Source of the DNA: Candidatus Woesebacteria bacterium GW2011_GWB1_33_22
Lineage (GTDB): Bacteria; Patescibacteriota; Microgenomatia; UBA8517
Assembly: GCA_000989765.1 (NCBI GenBank)
Contig: LBOW01000001.1
Location: forward strand, 47,660 to 111,659
Direction of reading: 5' to 3'
Length of the DNA: 64,000 bases
This document shows, piece after piece, positions 47,497 through 57,921 of this stretch (within the stretch, counting starts at the first letter, position 1; every line of letters starts with the position of its first letter). The notes under the pieces are model-generated. The model did no database searches, was not told the origin of the DNA, and worked only from the letters and a program-made list of their open reading frames with translations. Position numbers and translations under genes: made by a program.

Positions 47497-50455
47497 AATT
47501 TGGAATAATTGGCACACAGTAATACTTGTTGCCTTATGTCTTGTTCCAATTATATGGTTTATTGGTAGGGGTGATGTTCTAATTACTGGATTAGACACCA
47601 ATTTCCCACTTGATCCATTAGTTTGGTTTCAGCGGAGATTTTATGTTTGGAATGGCATTAATAATGCTGGAATTGATTTTAGTTCATCAGTTGCAGGAGT
47701 TTTTTTTCATTTTGTTCAACTTGCTCCATATTTATTAGGTTTATCCTTAAAAAATGTAGAAATTGTAAGTTTGGTTTTTTGGTTTTCTGCGATTGTTTCC
47801 TCTTCATATCTTTTAGCAAAGACTATTCTACCTAAAAACAAAACACCTCAATTGATTGTTGTCATTCTTTATATTTTAAACATCTATCTTTTCAATACTT
47901 GGGAGAATGTAAAAGTATCTAACTTAGCTTTGGTCACTGCGTTACCTTTAATTATATCAATTGTCTACAATTGGTTTTCAGAAAAAATAAATTCAAAAAA
48001 AGCAATGATATACCTTTGTCTTGGTTCAATTCTTGCTTCAGGAGCTGGAATAAACCCCGCATATTTTTTAGTAATAATTTTAGCTCTGATAATTGAAACT
48101 GTTGTATATCTTTTTTTAAACCTATCTACAAAAACAGAAATAAAGAAGATTTTAGTAAAAGGGTTAACATCCTTTTTTATATTGATTTTAGTTAATATAT
48201 TTTGGATATTTCCACTTTTAAATTTTTTATATTCTACTAATACCATTAGTTTGGTTGATATAGGACTAACCAATTGGATTACTAGTTTATCTCAAAATAC
48301 ATCGATAATTAATGTTATACGCTTACAAGGGGCATGGGATTGGTATGCCTTAGATAGTAGCGGAATACCTCAATATCTTTCTTACACACTAAATTATTTG
48401 TATAAATTTCCGTTTATTATTTTTAGCTTTGCTGTTCCAATATTGGTATTATTTTCATTTGTTTTTTTTGATAAAGAACAAAAATTTTGGTATATTTTTT
48501 TTGGAATACTAACGGTATTGGGAATATTTTTTGGTGTGGGGTCACACCCACCAACAGGATCCTTTTTCATTTTCCTATTTGAACATGTACCATTCTTATC
48601 TTTTTTTAGAAGCCCTTGGTACATTTTTACTCCACTTTTAACTCTTTCATATGCAGCTTTAGTGGGATTATTAACATATTCGTTCTTTCAAAAATATAAA
48701 GAAGGAATGATTAAACATATATTTAATTTTTTAATTATTATATTTTTGATAGCTTATGGATTATATAATTATCCATTAATTACTGGAAAAATTTTTAGAC
48801 CTGAAAGTAAAAATAGTTTCTATGTTTATTTTCCAGAATATGTATGGGATACAAAAGATTGGTTGAGTAACAAACATGATTCAACTGATGAAAGAATAAT
48901 TTCATATCCCGACGATCAATTAGAGTCATTTAATTGGGGCTATCAAGGTACTGAATCAATTTTAAGTTTATATTCTAACAGAGAAATTATTACACCATCA
49001 TTTAATATGACATCAAAAGTTTTTTCAGAAATGTTAGGTTCCTTTTATGCACATATAAAAAGAGGTGAATATAAATCTGCTATTTCGTTAATGGAATTTT
49101 TTGGTGCTAATGAAATTTTTTATAAAAAAGACTCTTCAACTTTATCCTCCCCGATAGGAGATAAAATAAATGATTTGGTTGAGACAACTAAATTTGGAGA
49201 ATGGTATTTTATGCGTCCAAAAGACGAGATGAATAAAAAAATATTTATTGCGGAAGCAGTTTACAAGAATTTATCTAATCCGGAAGATTTTATTCCTGTA
49301 ATTCCATTTTTAAAACCCAAGAGTGTTGTTGTTAACAATAAAGATACTGAAATTGGACAAATTAAATCAAATGAAAGATTTTTTTCGATTATTAAAACTG
49401 GAATATTGGACCAAGATAAAAGTATATTAACTAATGTTAACAAATATGGACTAGATATATTACGCAATGGAACATTTAATATTCTGATTGAAAGAAATTA
49501 TTTAGATCGAAATAGTCTCATTGTAAAAATTGATTCAAATGTAATTAGTAATTCATTGATTCAATATGATCAAAGTTTGATTAGTGTAGGCCCAGTTAAA
49601 CTATTTTCAGGAACACATACTATTGAAATTGTTTATCCAGTACAAGAAAATTTATTGGCAATTTCTGATTTCGAAAATATTTCAAAAAACCAAAATCTAA
49701 GAAAAGAAGAATTTCCAGAGAATATTCAAAAAACTTTATTAGTATACAATGAAAGTAAAGAAGCTCAAAAAATAATTTTACCAGTAAATGAATTTAATCC
49801 CTATTTAAGGTATGCTGTAGGATTTGATTATAAATATGTGTATGGAAAAGTGCCATTTGTTGAAGTTTTACAATCTGCCCCGACTTCTCCAGTAAAAAAT
49901 CATTCGATTTATCCAGGTTCTTCTACTGATTGGCAGACTCGTTATGACATTTTCAGACCGGTTGAAACAAATTCTAAATTAGAACTTCTGATTAAAGCTG
50001 GACCAAATGAATTTTCTGGTAGAAGTAAATCTTTTATAGAAAATATATTTATAAAAAGAATTTATGACAATAATGTATATCTTGTAGAATCTAATTCTGA
50101 TACTTCTTTTAAATATTTGTCTAAAGGTGAACTAAAGTATAAAAAAATTAATTCGGTAAAGTATGAAGTTGAGTTGAAAAGTGATGGGGATAATCAATTG
50201 GGTAGTGTAATAGCATTTTTAGATAATTACAACAAAGGTTGGGTTTTAAAGTCTTCTGATTCAAAAATAGAAAATAAATTTAGTCACTTTACGATTAACG
50301 GTTATGCAAACGGTTGGTATGTACCTGCAGGAATGAATACTGGTAAGTTTATTATCTATTATCGTCCACAGACTTTATATATATTCGCAGTTTTAGTCTC
50401 AGTTTGTACAATTATGTTATTAATTATTTACAGTTTACATAAAAAGAAATCTTAA
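47480..50455 (+). CDS. AftD/DUF3367-like large GT-C membrane glycosyltransferase (alpha-(1->3)-arabinofuranosyltransferase family architecture)
   Basis: N-terminal GLDTNFPLDPLVWFQRRFYVWNGINNAGIDFSS resembles the DTK.DL..DP...l.r...W signature of DUF3367/AftD proteins. About 13 TM helices, a roughly 550-aa extracytoplasmic region and a C-terminal TM anchor. Confidence 0.6.
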   Translation: MKIINKIWNNWHTVILVALCLVPIIWFIGRGDVLITGLDTNFPLDPLVWFQRRFYVWNGINNAGIDFSSSVAGVFFHFVQLAPYLLGLSLKNVEIVSLVFWFSAIVSSSYLLAKTILPKNKTPQLIVVILYILNIYLFNTWENVKVSNLALVTALPLIISIVYNWFSEKINSKKAMIYLCLGSILASGAGINPAYFLVIILALIIETVVYLFLNLSTKTEIKKILVKGLTSFFILILVNIFWIFPLLNFLYSTNTISLVDIGLTNWITSLSQNTSIINVIRLQGAWDWYALDSSGIPQYLSYTLNYLYKFPFIIFSFAVPILVLFSFVFFDKEQKFWYIFFGILTVLGIFFGVGSHPPTGSFFIFLFEHVPFLSFFRSPWYIFTPLLTLSYAALVGLLTYSFFQKYKEGMIKHIFNFLIIIFLIAYGLYNYPLITGKIFRPESKNSFYVYFPEYVWDTKDWLSNKHDSTDERIISYPDDQLESFNWGYQGTESILSLYSNREIITPSFNMTSKVFSEMLGSFYAHIKRGEYKSAISLMEFFGANEIFYKKDSSTLSSPIGDKINDLVETTKFGEWYFMRPKDEMNKKIFIAEAVYKNLSNPEDFIPVIPFLKPKSVVVNNKDTEIGQIKSNERFFSIIKTGILDQDKSILTNVNKYGLDILRNGTFNILIERNYLDRNSLIVKIDSNVISNSLIQYDQSLISVGPVKLFSGTHTIEIVYPVQENLLAISDFENISKNQNLRKEEFPENIQKTLLVYNESKEAQKIILPVNEFNPYLRYAVGFDYKYVYGKVPFVEVLQSAPTSPVKNHSIYPGSSTDWQTRYDIFRPVETNSKLELLIKAGPNEFSGRSKSFIENIFIKRIYDNNVYLVESNSDTSFKYLSKGELKYKKINSVKYEVELKSDGDNQLGSVIAFLDNYNKGWVLKSSDSKIENKFSHFTINGYANGWYVPAGMNTGKFIIYYRPQTLYIFAVLVSVCTIMLLIIYSLHKKKS

Positions 50456-50839
50456 ATGATTAGATCTTATTTATTTAAATTATTTAATAAAAAGTATGAC
50501 AATTTAAATCAATGGGCAATAGACCATTTGGTTGGATTATTTATTTTTAATATAATCATGTCTTTGCTTGTGTTGCTTAACACTGCTGAATATTTCAAAC
50601 CATTTTTTTTCTTAGGAATAAATGTAATTTTTTTCATTGGGCTGATATTATCCATACCTCTTCTCGGAGCAAGGTCAAAATCTATGTTTTTTATATCAAT
50701 AATTTTTTTAGTTTTTGCTATTTTTTTAAAAATATTAAAGATTGAAATTTGGGCAGAGAGAACAGCTGTTTATACTTTTCAATCTTTACTTATAGGAGTT
50801 ATTTTACTAACAAGGGAATCAATCAATAAACATTGGTAA
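50456..50839 (+). CDS. small 4-TM membrane protein
   Basis: 127 aa with four hydrophobic helices; start immediately after the upstream stop. Confidence 0.4.
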   Translation: MIRSYLFKLFNKKYDNLNQWAIDHLVGLFIFNIIMSLLVLLNTAEYFKPFFFLGINVIFFIGLILSIPLLGARSKSMFFISIIFLVFAIFLKILKIEIWAERTAVYTFQSLLIGVILLTRESINKHW

Positions 50840-52170
50840 AATTTATTGTAAATAATTACAAAAAATATATTTTTGTTTTTTTTATTGTTTATTTACTTAT
50901 TTTTACCGTATTTTACTCTGAAACGACTAAACCAAAAGGTGATGAAGTTCATTATTTAATTGCCACAGAAAGCATAGTGAGAGATAACGATATTTACCTA
51001 GAAAATAATTATCCAGATGGTGTTACAAGCATGTTTGGTTATTTAAAATTAGATAAACATACAGTAATAGGGAGGGGAAATCATGAAATTTTAGGTCACG
51101 GTTTAACAATATTTCCTTTTATAATTGCACCCTTTTACTTTGCGGCTGGAAAATTAGGTGCAAGTTTGTTTTTTTGCTTGATTACTGTTATTTTGTTTCA
51201 ACAAACTATTAAATTTTCTGAGTTGGTAACTAATAGTCACTTAACTAGTTGGGTTGTGTGCCCAGGTTTGTTTTTAACACTTCCATTGTCACAATATTCA
51301 CTTCTTTTATTTCCAGAGGTCATTGCTGGTTTATTGATTGTTTATAATCTATGCGAAGTTATTACTAAAAATAAACTAGGCATTTTATCAGCTATTCTTA
51401 TAGGATTATTGCCCTGGATACATTTTAGGTTTTTGACTGTGTCAATATTTTTTTTATTATTCTGGTTTAGTAGGCAGTTTAAAAAAATCACTAAGCAATT
51501 TTTCTTGCCATTAATATTGATTTTTGTTTATTTTCTCTCGATATTTTTAATATACGGCAGTTTCGATTTTAATAAAACTTTTATGAACTCTGGGAGCGCG
51601 TATTCAGGTAATATTATATCTAATATTATTAATTTATTGATAGATAGACAATATGGTTTGATTCCAAATAACCCCATATTTTTATTAGTACTTCCCGGAT
51701 TTTATTTTTTGTTTAGAAGTAATAAAAAAAAGGCTTTATTAATTATTGCTCTTATATTTTTTGAGATTATGCCATTTATTAATTCAAATGATTGGCATGG
51801 AGGTTTTGCACCACCAGGAAGGTATTTAACAGCGGTAGTTCCAATTATTATACCTTTAATTGTTTTATCTATTACTAAAAGTAGATATTTTTTAACAAAA
51901 ACGATATTTTTATTAGGGTTTATGTGGGGGTATTTTGTATATATTATTAATTTGTTACAGTCTCCAAACTATGGGTATTTATATAAAGATGGTTTTACTC
52001 CGTATTTAAATAAAATATCAATTTGGTCAAATTTATATTTTTATTATTTGTTTCCAAGTTATTTTCCGGATGGAAAGATAACTGTTCTTCATTGGATTTG
52101 GATTTGCACAATACTAATAATTAGTTATCTGGTATTTAAAAAAGGAGGGAAAGTTAAGACAAAAGCTTAA
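50833..52170 (+). CDS. GT-C fold membrane glycosyltransferase (ArnT/PMT_2-like)
   Basis: KPKGDEVHYLIATESIVRDND (DE motif of PMT_2/ArnT-type GT-C) in the first loop; about 12 TM helices. Confidence 0.55.
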   Translation: MVKFIVNNYKKYIFVFFIVYLLIFTVFYSETTKPKGDEVHYLIATESIVRDNDIYLENNYPDGVTSMFGYLKLDKHTVIGRGNHEILGHGLTIFPFIIAPFYFAAGKLGASLFFCLITVILFQQTIKFSELVTNSHLTSWVVCPGLFLTLPLSQYSLLLFPEVIAGLLIVYNLCEVITKNKLGILSAILIGLLPWIHFRFLTVSIFFLLFWFSRQFKKITKQFFLPLILIFVYFLSIFLIYGSFDFNKTFMNSGSAYSGNIISNIINLLIDRQYGLIPNNPIFLLVLPGFYFLFRSNKKKALLIIALIFFEIMPFINSNDWHGGFAPPGRYLTAVVPIIIPLIVLSITKSRYFLTKTIFLLGFMWGYFVYIINLLQSPNYGYLYKDGFTPYLNKISIWSNLYFYYLFPSYFPDGKITVLHWIWICTILIISYLVFKKGGKVKTKA

Positions 52171-52182
52171 TCTTAATTATTT

Positions 52183-52353
52183 ATGTATAATTGTAGTGTG
52201 AATAATATCTCAAAAATATTAATAGGCTTATCTTTTTTAGGTTTTTTAATAATAGGCTTTTTACTTTTAACTAACCACCTCGGATTAGCGACCAAAATAT
52301 CTGGTTATATATTTTTTATATTGATTCTTGGTATATGCTTAAAAACAAACTAA
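52183..52353 (+). CDS. possible small two-TM peptide (56 aa), unannotated in the ORF track
   Basis: ATG at 52183 gives MYNCSVNNISKILIGLSFLGFLIIGFLLLTNHLGLATKISGYIFFILILGICLKTN, with two clear hydrophobic helices. It fills the only sizeable gap (52171-52334) in a run of same-strand genes. No strong RBS. Confidence 0.2.
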   Translation: MYNCSVNNISKILIGLSFLGFLIIGFLLLTNHLGLATKISGYIFFILILGICLKTN

Positions 52354-54836
52354 CTCAAATCTTATATATATTATTAATTATTTTACCAGTTATTGTTGTT
52401 TTTAAAAATATTTTTTATATTTACCCCTTTAGTTTTGGAGATGCGCCATATTTTTATACGGACACTTTAGCAAGTCTATTATCAGAACCTTTAATATGGG
52501 TAACTCGAGGTGTTAATTTTGGAGGTATTAACCAATTTCTATGGCTTTCGCCCATTATGGCTATTTATGGCTTTTTAGGTAAATACTTACTATTAGACAA
52601 TCAAATAATTGTTCGTATTCTTTTTTATATACCAGCAGTAATATTGTCTATTCTCGGTCCATATATTTTAACTAAATATTTGAACTTTTCAAAAACAGTT
52701 TCATTTTTTTCATCTTTGTTTTATTGCTTAAACACGTATTTTATATTACTAATTGATGGTGGACAGGTGGGCGTAGCTTTGGCTTATGGAATTTTTCCTA
52801 TTGTTTTGTATTTTATTAAAAAATATATTGATGTTTCAAATACAACGAACTTTTTTTGGGCATATGTTTTTGGAATGTTACTTTGCATAATTGATCCCAG
52901 AATATATATCATTTTGTTTTCTTTATTAGCAATATGGAGTTTTTTAAGAAGAGAGTCTTTAAAGCCATTATTTGTTTTACAAATTCCAATATTACTATCC
53001 AATTTATATTGGCTTTATCCAATGATCAAAATAAAGCCAATAAATGTAAGTTATTCGGTACTGGATCTACAGACATCTTCTTTAATAAATTCGCTTTTGC
53101 TTTATGCCCCCCATTGGCCAAATAATATTTTTGGTAAAATAGTACCTCCCTTATTTTACTTTTCTATTATCCCCATTTTAGTGTTTGGGTTTTTGTTTTT
53201 TAAAGACAGACACAAAGATATTAAGAAGCTAGTAATATTATTTCTAATTTTTGCCTTTTTGGCTAAAGGTACGACACCTCCATTTGGAGAGATATATGAT
53301 TTTATTTTGACCAAGATACCCTTGATGGTAGCTTTTCGTGACTCTAGTAAATTTTTTATACCCTTAACATTGTTGGGTGGAATTTTAATAGGAGAAACTA
53401 TCGATAAGTTGAAAATGATAAAATTCATTAAAATAATTACTTATACAATAATATTATTACTTGTTTGGCAAGCTATATTCGGAAAATTGAATTTTAATTT
53501 GTCGGGAAGAATCTTAAACGATGATATGGGTAAAATTTATTCTAATTTAAAAAATGAACAAGGAGAATATAAAACATTATGGTTTCCTGAAAAGCACCCT
53601 ATGGCATATGAATCTTTTGATAAACCAGCTCTAGACGCAAGAGACCTTATTAAAATTAATACTATTTCGTCTGTCAATGTCTCCGAGGACCCTTTTAATT
53701 TCTTAAATGATATAAATTTTCCGATAAAATTAGCTAAACTTGGAATTAAATATATATTTTTATCAGGAGATCCGAGGAATGTTTATCCAAGTGAAGATGA
53801 TCTAAAAAGATGGTCTACAGTTTCAAAATTAATAAGCAACAACCCCAACCTTAAGCCAGTAAATTGGAATACAAGTTTTCAAATATTTGAAGTTCCTGAT
53901 TTTTTACCTAAGTTTTATAAAGTTCACGATTTAATTGGAGCTGTTGGACCTCATCTTCCCTCAGATATGCCAGCTGTTTATTTTGAAGACGGGAAATTTG
54001 ATCCGAGGTTTCTAGAAAATAAAGACTCAAATTCAGTTAAATTATTATTTAATAATTCTGTAGAACAGGATCTTACTATGAGTTTTCTACAAAAATATTT
54101 CGTTGATACTGGTAATGCAAAAACAAATGAATGGGCATATTATTCAGCGGATAAGTATCTCAAGGCAAAATACGAATTATTAATCCGGAATTTTATATAT
54201 GATGATTTTGATTACAGCAAAGGACTATCATTTTCAACAAAAATGGGTGAAAAAATTGAATTTAATTTTAAAAACTTAGACTTAGGAGAATATGTTTTAG
54301 CTGTTCGCAGGATGAATGAATTAAACAAATTTGAATGGAAAATAATTAATCATTCACTTAATATTAAAGATAAAGATTTTAGTTACGAATATATAAATGA
54401 AAAAGATTTTGATGCCGTAAATGTTATAGCATTAATTCCTAAAAAAGATTTTGAAGAAGCAGAAAAATTAGGTCAACACCATATAGCCTATTTTGGAGTG
54501 ATCAAAAACGATAAAAACTATAGTTATAAATGGGATACTGTTTCTATAGTTAATGAAGACACTTCCAAATATTTGTTAACGACAGACAAATATGGTTTTT
54601 GGTTAATTCTAAATGAAAATTATAATCCATTATGGACTATTCGTAATGGGGAAAAATATTCTAATTCTATTCCAATTAATTCAGAAGTTAATGGTTTCTA
54701 TTTTGAACCAACATGGAATGATTTACATATTGAATTTAAAGGTCAGGAGTATTTTAGATGGGGATTATATTATGCATTTATTTCTGTATCATTAACGTTG
54801 ATAATATTATTATATTTACATATTAAGAATGAATAA
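52335..54836 (+). CDS. large polytopic membrane protein with about 470-aa extracytoplasmic C-terminal domain and C-terminal TM anchor; candidate GT-C-like
   Basis: About 12 N-terminal TM helices (SFGDAPYFYTD first loop), long hydrophilic region, final TM helix YYAFISVSLTLIILLYL. Confidence 0.5.
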   Translation: MLKNKLTQILYILLIILPVIVVFKNIFYIYPFSFGDAPYFYTDTLASLLSEPLIWVTRGVNFGGINQFLWLSPIMAIYGFLGKYLLLDNQIIVRILFYIPAVILSILGPYILTKYLNFSKTVSFFSSLFYCLNTYFILLIDGGQVGVALAYGIFPIVLYFIKKYIDVSNTTNFFWAYVFGMLLCIIDPRIYIILFSLLAIWSFLRRESLKPLFVLQIPILLSNLYWLYPMIKIKPINVSYSVLDLQTSSLINSLLLYAPHWPNNIFGKIVPPLFYFSIIPILVFGFLFFKDRHKDIKKLVILFLIFAFLAKGTTPPFGEIYDFILTKIPLMVAFRDSSKFFIPLTLLGGILIGETIDKLKMIKFIKIITYTIILLLVWQAIFGKLNFNLSGRILNDDMGKIYSNLKNEQGEYKTLWFPEKHPMAYESFDKPALDARDLIKINTISSVNVSEDPFNFLNDINFPIKLAKLGIKYIFLSGDPRNVYPSEDDLKRWSTVSKLISNNPNLKPVNWNTSFQIFEVPDFLPKFYKVHDLIGAVGPHLPSDMPAVYFEDGKFDPRFLENKDSNSVKLLFNNSVEQDLTMSFLQKYFVDTGNAKTNEWAYYSADKYLKAKYELLIRNFIYDDFDYSKGLSFSTKMGEKIEFNFKNLDLGEYVLAVRRMNELNKFEWKIINHSLNIKDKDFSYEYINEKDFDAVNVIALIPKKDFEEAEKLGQHHIAYFGVIKNDKNYSYKWDTVSIVNEDTSKYLLTTDKYGFWLILNENYNPLWTIRNGEKYSNSIPINSEVNGFYFEPTWNDLHIEFKGQEYFRWGLYYAFISVSLTLIILLYLHIKNE

Positions 54837-56109
54837 ATTTTTTAAAAAAGCTTTTTTACTAACAAAATCAGCAACAGCCAGAGATACATATGTTTTATTT
54901 CTTGGGAATTTAGGCTCTGCCTTTTTGGGGTTTCTTTTCACTTTTTTTGTTGCACGAGCTTTAAATAGGGAAGACTTTGGGATTTTTTCTGCAGCTATGA
55001 ATCTTGTGGTAATAATCTCATCATTATCTGATGTTGGTATAACTACAGGTCTTGTTAATTTTATTTCAGAGTCTGACTCAGAAGGAAACGAAAAAAAATC
55101 ACTTGAATATCAAAAAGCTGGTTTAACGATAAGAGTCGGGATAATTTTAATTCTTACTACTTTAATTATTATCTTTTCTCCTTATATATCTAAATTAATG
55201 TTGGCAACAACAGATCCATTTGTTGCTATATGGGCAGCTATTGTCTCGCTTGTATCTTTTGTTCCAATGTATTTTCCATATATATTACAGGCTAAAAAAC
55301 AATTTTTGAAATCTGTGATTGTCGATAACACTTACTATTTATTTAGATTGATTGGTCTTCTTGGTTTAATATATTTTGGGGCAATGACACTATACACTTC
55401 TCTTTCGACAGCTATAGTAGGTTTTGTGTTTAGTCTGATCGCTAGTATATCTTTATTGAAATTTAAATTTTTATTTTCCAGACCAGAGAAAAATATATAT
55501 ACTAGTTTGATTAAGTTTTCTGGATGGATTGGTGTGAATAGAATTATCTCATCTATTTCAGGACGTTTGGATATTCAAATGCTTGCTAGTATGGCGGGTG
55601 CAACTACTACAGCTCTTTATTCTATACCTGCGAGGCTTTCTTCAATTGTAATAATATTAACATCAAGTTTTTCAGCAGTATTGGCTCCTAGATTTGCTTC
55701 AATGGGTGACAAAGAAAGAGAAAAAAAATATTTAATTAAATCGTGCTTCGCTTTACTTCCCATCATTTTAATAATTTTGGTTTGGGTCATTATGGCAAAA
55801 CCATTTATGCAGGTAATCTTTCCAAATTATATTGATTCGGTCCCAGTGTTTCAGGCATTAACTCTGTCAATGATCCCTTTTATTTTGACAGCACCATCGG
55901 TTGTTGTAATTATTTATGCAATGAAAAAAAATGTTTATATAGGGGCATATAGTTTTTTTCAGATTGTTGCAATATTTATACTTAATTGGATTTTTATTCC
56001 TAAGTTTGGTCCATTTGGACCCACTCTTACTTTTGGTATAACAAATACAATATTGGCAATTTATACTTGGGTAATAGTAATTAAACATTATTGGGGTCAA
56101 GAAAAATAA
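54829..56109 (+). CDS. oligosaccharide flippase (Wzx/MOP superfamily), second copy
   Basis: 426 aa, about 12 TM helices; N-terminus ARDTYVLFLGNLGSAFLGFLFTFFVARAL typical of polysaccharide biosynthesis/Wzx proteins. Confidence 0.7.
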   Translation: MNKFFKKAFLLTKSATARDTYVLFLGNLGSAFLGFLFTFFVARALNREDFGIFSAAMNLVVIISSLSDVGITTGLVNFISESDSEGNEKKSLEYQKAGLTIRVGIILILTTLIIIFSPYISKLMLATTDPFVAIWAAIVSLVSFVPMYFPYILQAKKQFLKSVIVDNTYYLFRLIGLLGLIYFGAMTLYTSLSTAIVGFVFSLIASISLLKFKFLFSRPEKNIYTSLIKFSGWIGVNRIISSISGRLDIQMLASMAGATTTALYSIPARLSSIVIILTSSFSAVLAPRFASMGDKEREKKYLIKSCFALLPIILIILVWVIMAKPFMQVIFPNYIDSVPVFQALTLSMIPFILTAPSVVVIIYAMKKNVYIGAYSFFQIVAIFILNWIFIPKFGPFGPTLTFGITNTILAIYTWVIVIKHYWGQEK

Positions 56110-57920
56110 CATCCTAGCCAAAGCTCAAGCATTAAAAGACTCCATTTTTTTTGGTCAGTGTCAAGATTAATTTTTGAAAGGTCAATAAAATCCTTTATCT
56201 TTGAGTTTTTAGTAAAAAGCTTGTCTTTATAATAATTGTTTAAATCTCCCCTAAACCATTCATCAAGGGGTATTGTAAAGCCCATTTTAGGTCTATAAAG
56301 ATTTTCTTTAGGCACGATTTTTTCAAGAGCCCTTTTAAATATATATTTAGTTTCTCCATTTTTGACCTTTAGATTAAATGGGATTTGACAGGCTAATTCA
56401 ACCATTTTTTGATCTAAAATTGGAGATCTTGCTTCTAATCCATAATACATGGTGGCGATATCCATCTTGGTTAATAATTGATCAGGTAAAAAATATAGAA
56501 GATCAAATTTTAAACCAGCGTCTTTTAAATCTTTACCATTAAATCTTTGAAAAGTTCTTCTGACATATTGATACAAATTATTTGTTGTTAATGTCTTAGA
56601 TAAAGGTTTTTGAGCCATTCTAAAAATTTCATCTAAAGAAAAAATTTGATTATATGAAGAAAATCTTTCATAAAGGGGAAGTTTGGACTTGTCTAAAAAT
56701 TTAGAAACTCTTTGTATTTTTAGTGCATCTAATGGTCTTAATTTACTGATCCAATAGGCATAATCAACATCTCTTTTAAGTCTTAAATATCTATTTGGAT
56801 AGCCTGCAAAATTTTCATCTCCACCATCACCATTTAGAATAACCTTGACATGTTTTTTAGCCTCTTTGCTTACTTGAAACGAAATTACGCAACTATTATC
56901 AGCAAAAGGTTCTTCATAGGCGTTGGCAATTTCAGGTAGTAGTGAAATATTAGTAGGTTTGGCTAAAATTTCGGTGTGGTCAGTTTTATATCTTTTAACT
57001 ATCAATTCTGCATATTTTTTTTCCGAATATTTTTCGTTTTCAAAATTAACAGTAAAAGTTTTTACACGATTTTGTGTGCTTAGTGCCATCATGGCTACAA
57101 CTGCGCTTGAATCCACCCCTCCAGAAAGAAATGCACCTATAGGAACGTCAGAAATCATTCTAAGTTTTGTCGATTCTTCAAGGGTCTCAAGTATTTTTTC
57201 TGACCATTCTTTTTCTGAAAGCAGAAGCTTATCTTTAAATCTAGGCTCCCAATATTTTCTTTTTAAAAATATTTTTCTTTTAATATCAATATAAATATAA
57301 TGACCAGGCTCTAATTTTTTAATATTTTTAAATCCTGTAAGAGGTGCGGGTACATATCCATAGAGAAAATACTTTTGGATAGCTAGGTTGTCTGGAATTT
57401 TTGCCACTTCAGACTGTGTAAGTATTGCCTTTAGCTCTGAAGCAAATATAAAACAATTTTCATTAAAAAAATATTTCAAAGGTTTCTTACCAATTCTGTC
57501 TCTAGCTAAAAACAATGTTTCTTCGTGTGTATCAAATATTGCAAACGCATACATACCTCTTAAATGTTTAACACAGTTTTTCTTGTATCTTGCATAGAGA
57601 GCTAGAATTACCTCAGTGTCAGAAGTAGAAACAAATTTATAGCCTTCTTGTTCAAGTTTTAATTTTTCCTCTTTAAAATTATAGATTTCATTATTCGAAA
57701 CTATGACATATCTATTCATATAAATCATTGGTTGATTGCCATTTTTTGAAAGGTCTATAATTGCAAGTCTATTGTGGCCGAAACCCACATTTCTATGAGA
57801 AGAAATATAATATCCAGTTGAATCTGGTCCGCGGTGGCTAATTTTATTGGCCATCAATTTAAGTTGATACTCGTTAACCTTTTGATTATTAAAATAAACT
57901 TTTCCGGAAATTCCACACAT
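56097..57920 (-). CDS. asnB: asparagine synthetase B-type glutamine amidotransferase (WbpS-like candidate sugar amidotransferase)
   Basis: N-terminal MCGISG (Ntn Cys), HRGPDSTG, and the PP-loop AFLSGGVDSSAVVAMMA. Confidence 0.85.
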   Translation of the reverse strand: MCGISGKVYFNNQKVNEYQLKLMANKISHRGPDSTGYYISSHRNVGFGHNRLAIIDLSKNGNQPMIYMNRYVIVSNNEIYNFKEEKLKLEQEGYKFVSTSDTEVILALYARYKKNCVKHLRGMYAFAIFDTHEETLFLARDRIGKKPLKYFFNENCFIFASELKAILTQSEVAKIPDNLAIQKYFLYGYVPAPLTGFKNIKKLEPGHYIYIDIKRKIFLKRKYWEPRFKDKLLLSEKEWSEKILETLEESTKLRMISDVPIGAFLSGGVDSSAVVAMMALSTQNRVKTFTVNFENEKYSEKKYAELIVKRYKTDHTEILAKPTNISLLPEIANAYEEPFADNSCVISFQVSKEAKKHVKVILNGDGGDENFAGYPNRYLRLKRDVDYAYWISKLRPLDALKIQRVSKFLDKSKLPLYERFSSYNQIFSLDEIFRMAQKPLSKTLTTNNLYQYVRRTFQRFNGKDLKDAGLKFDLLYFLPDQLLTKMDIATMYYGLEARSPILDQKMVELACQIPFNLKVKNGETKYIFKRALEKIVPKENLYRPKMGFTIPLDEWFRGDLNNYYKDKLFTKNSKIKDFIDLSKINLDTDQKKWSLLMLELWLGCYFS

Positions 57921-57921
57921 A

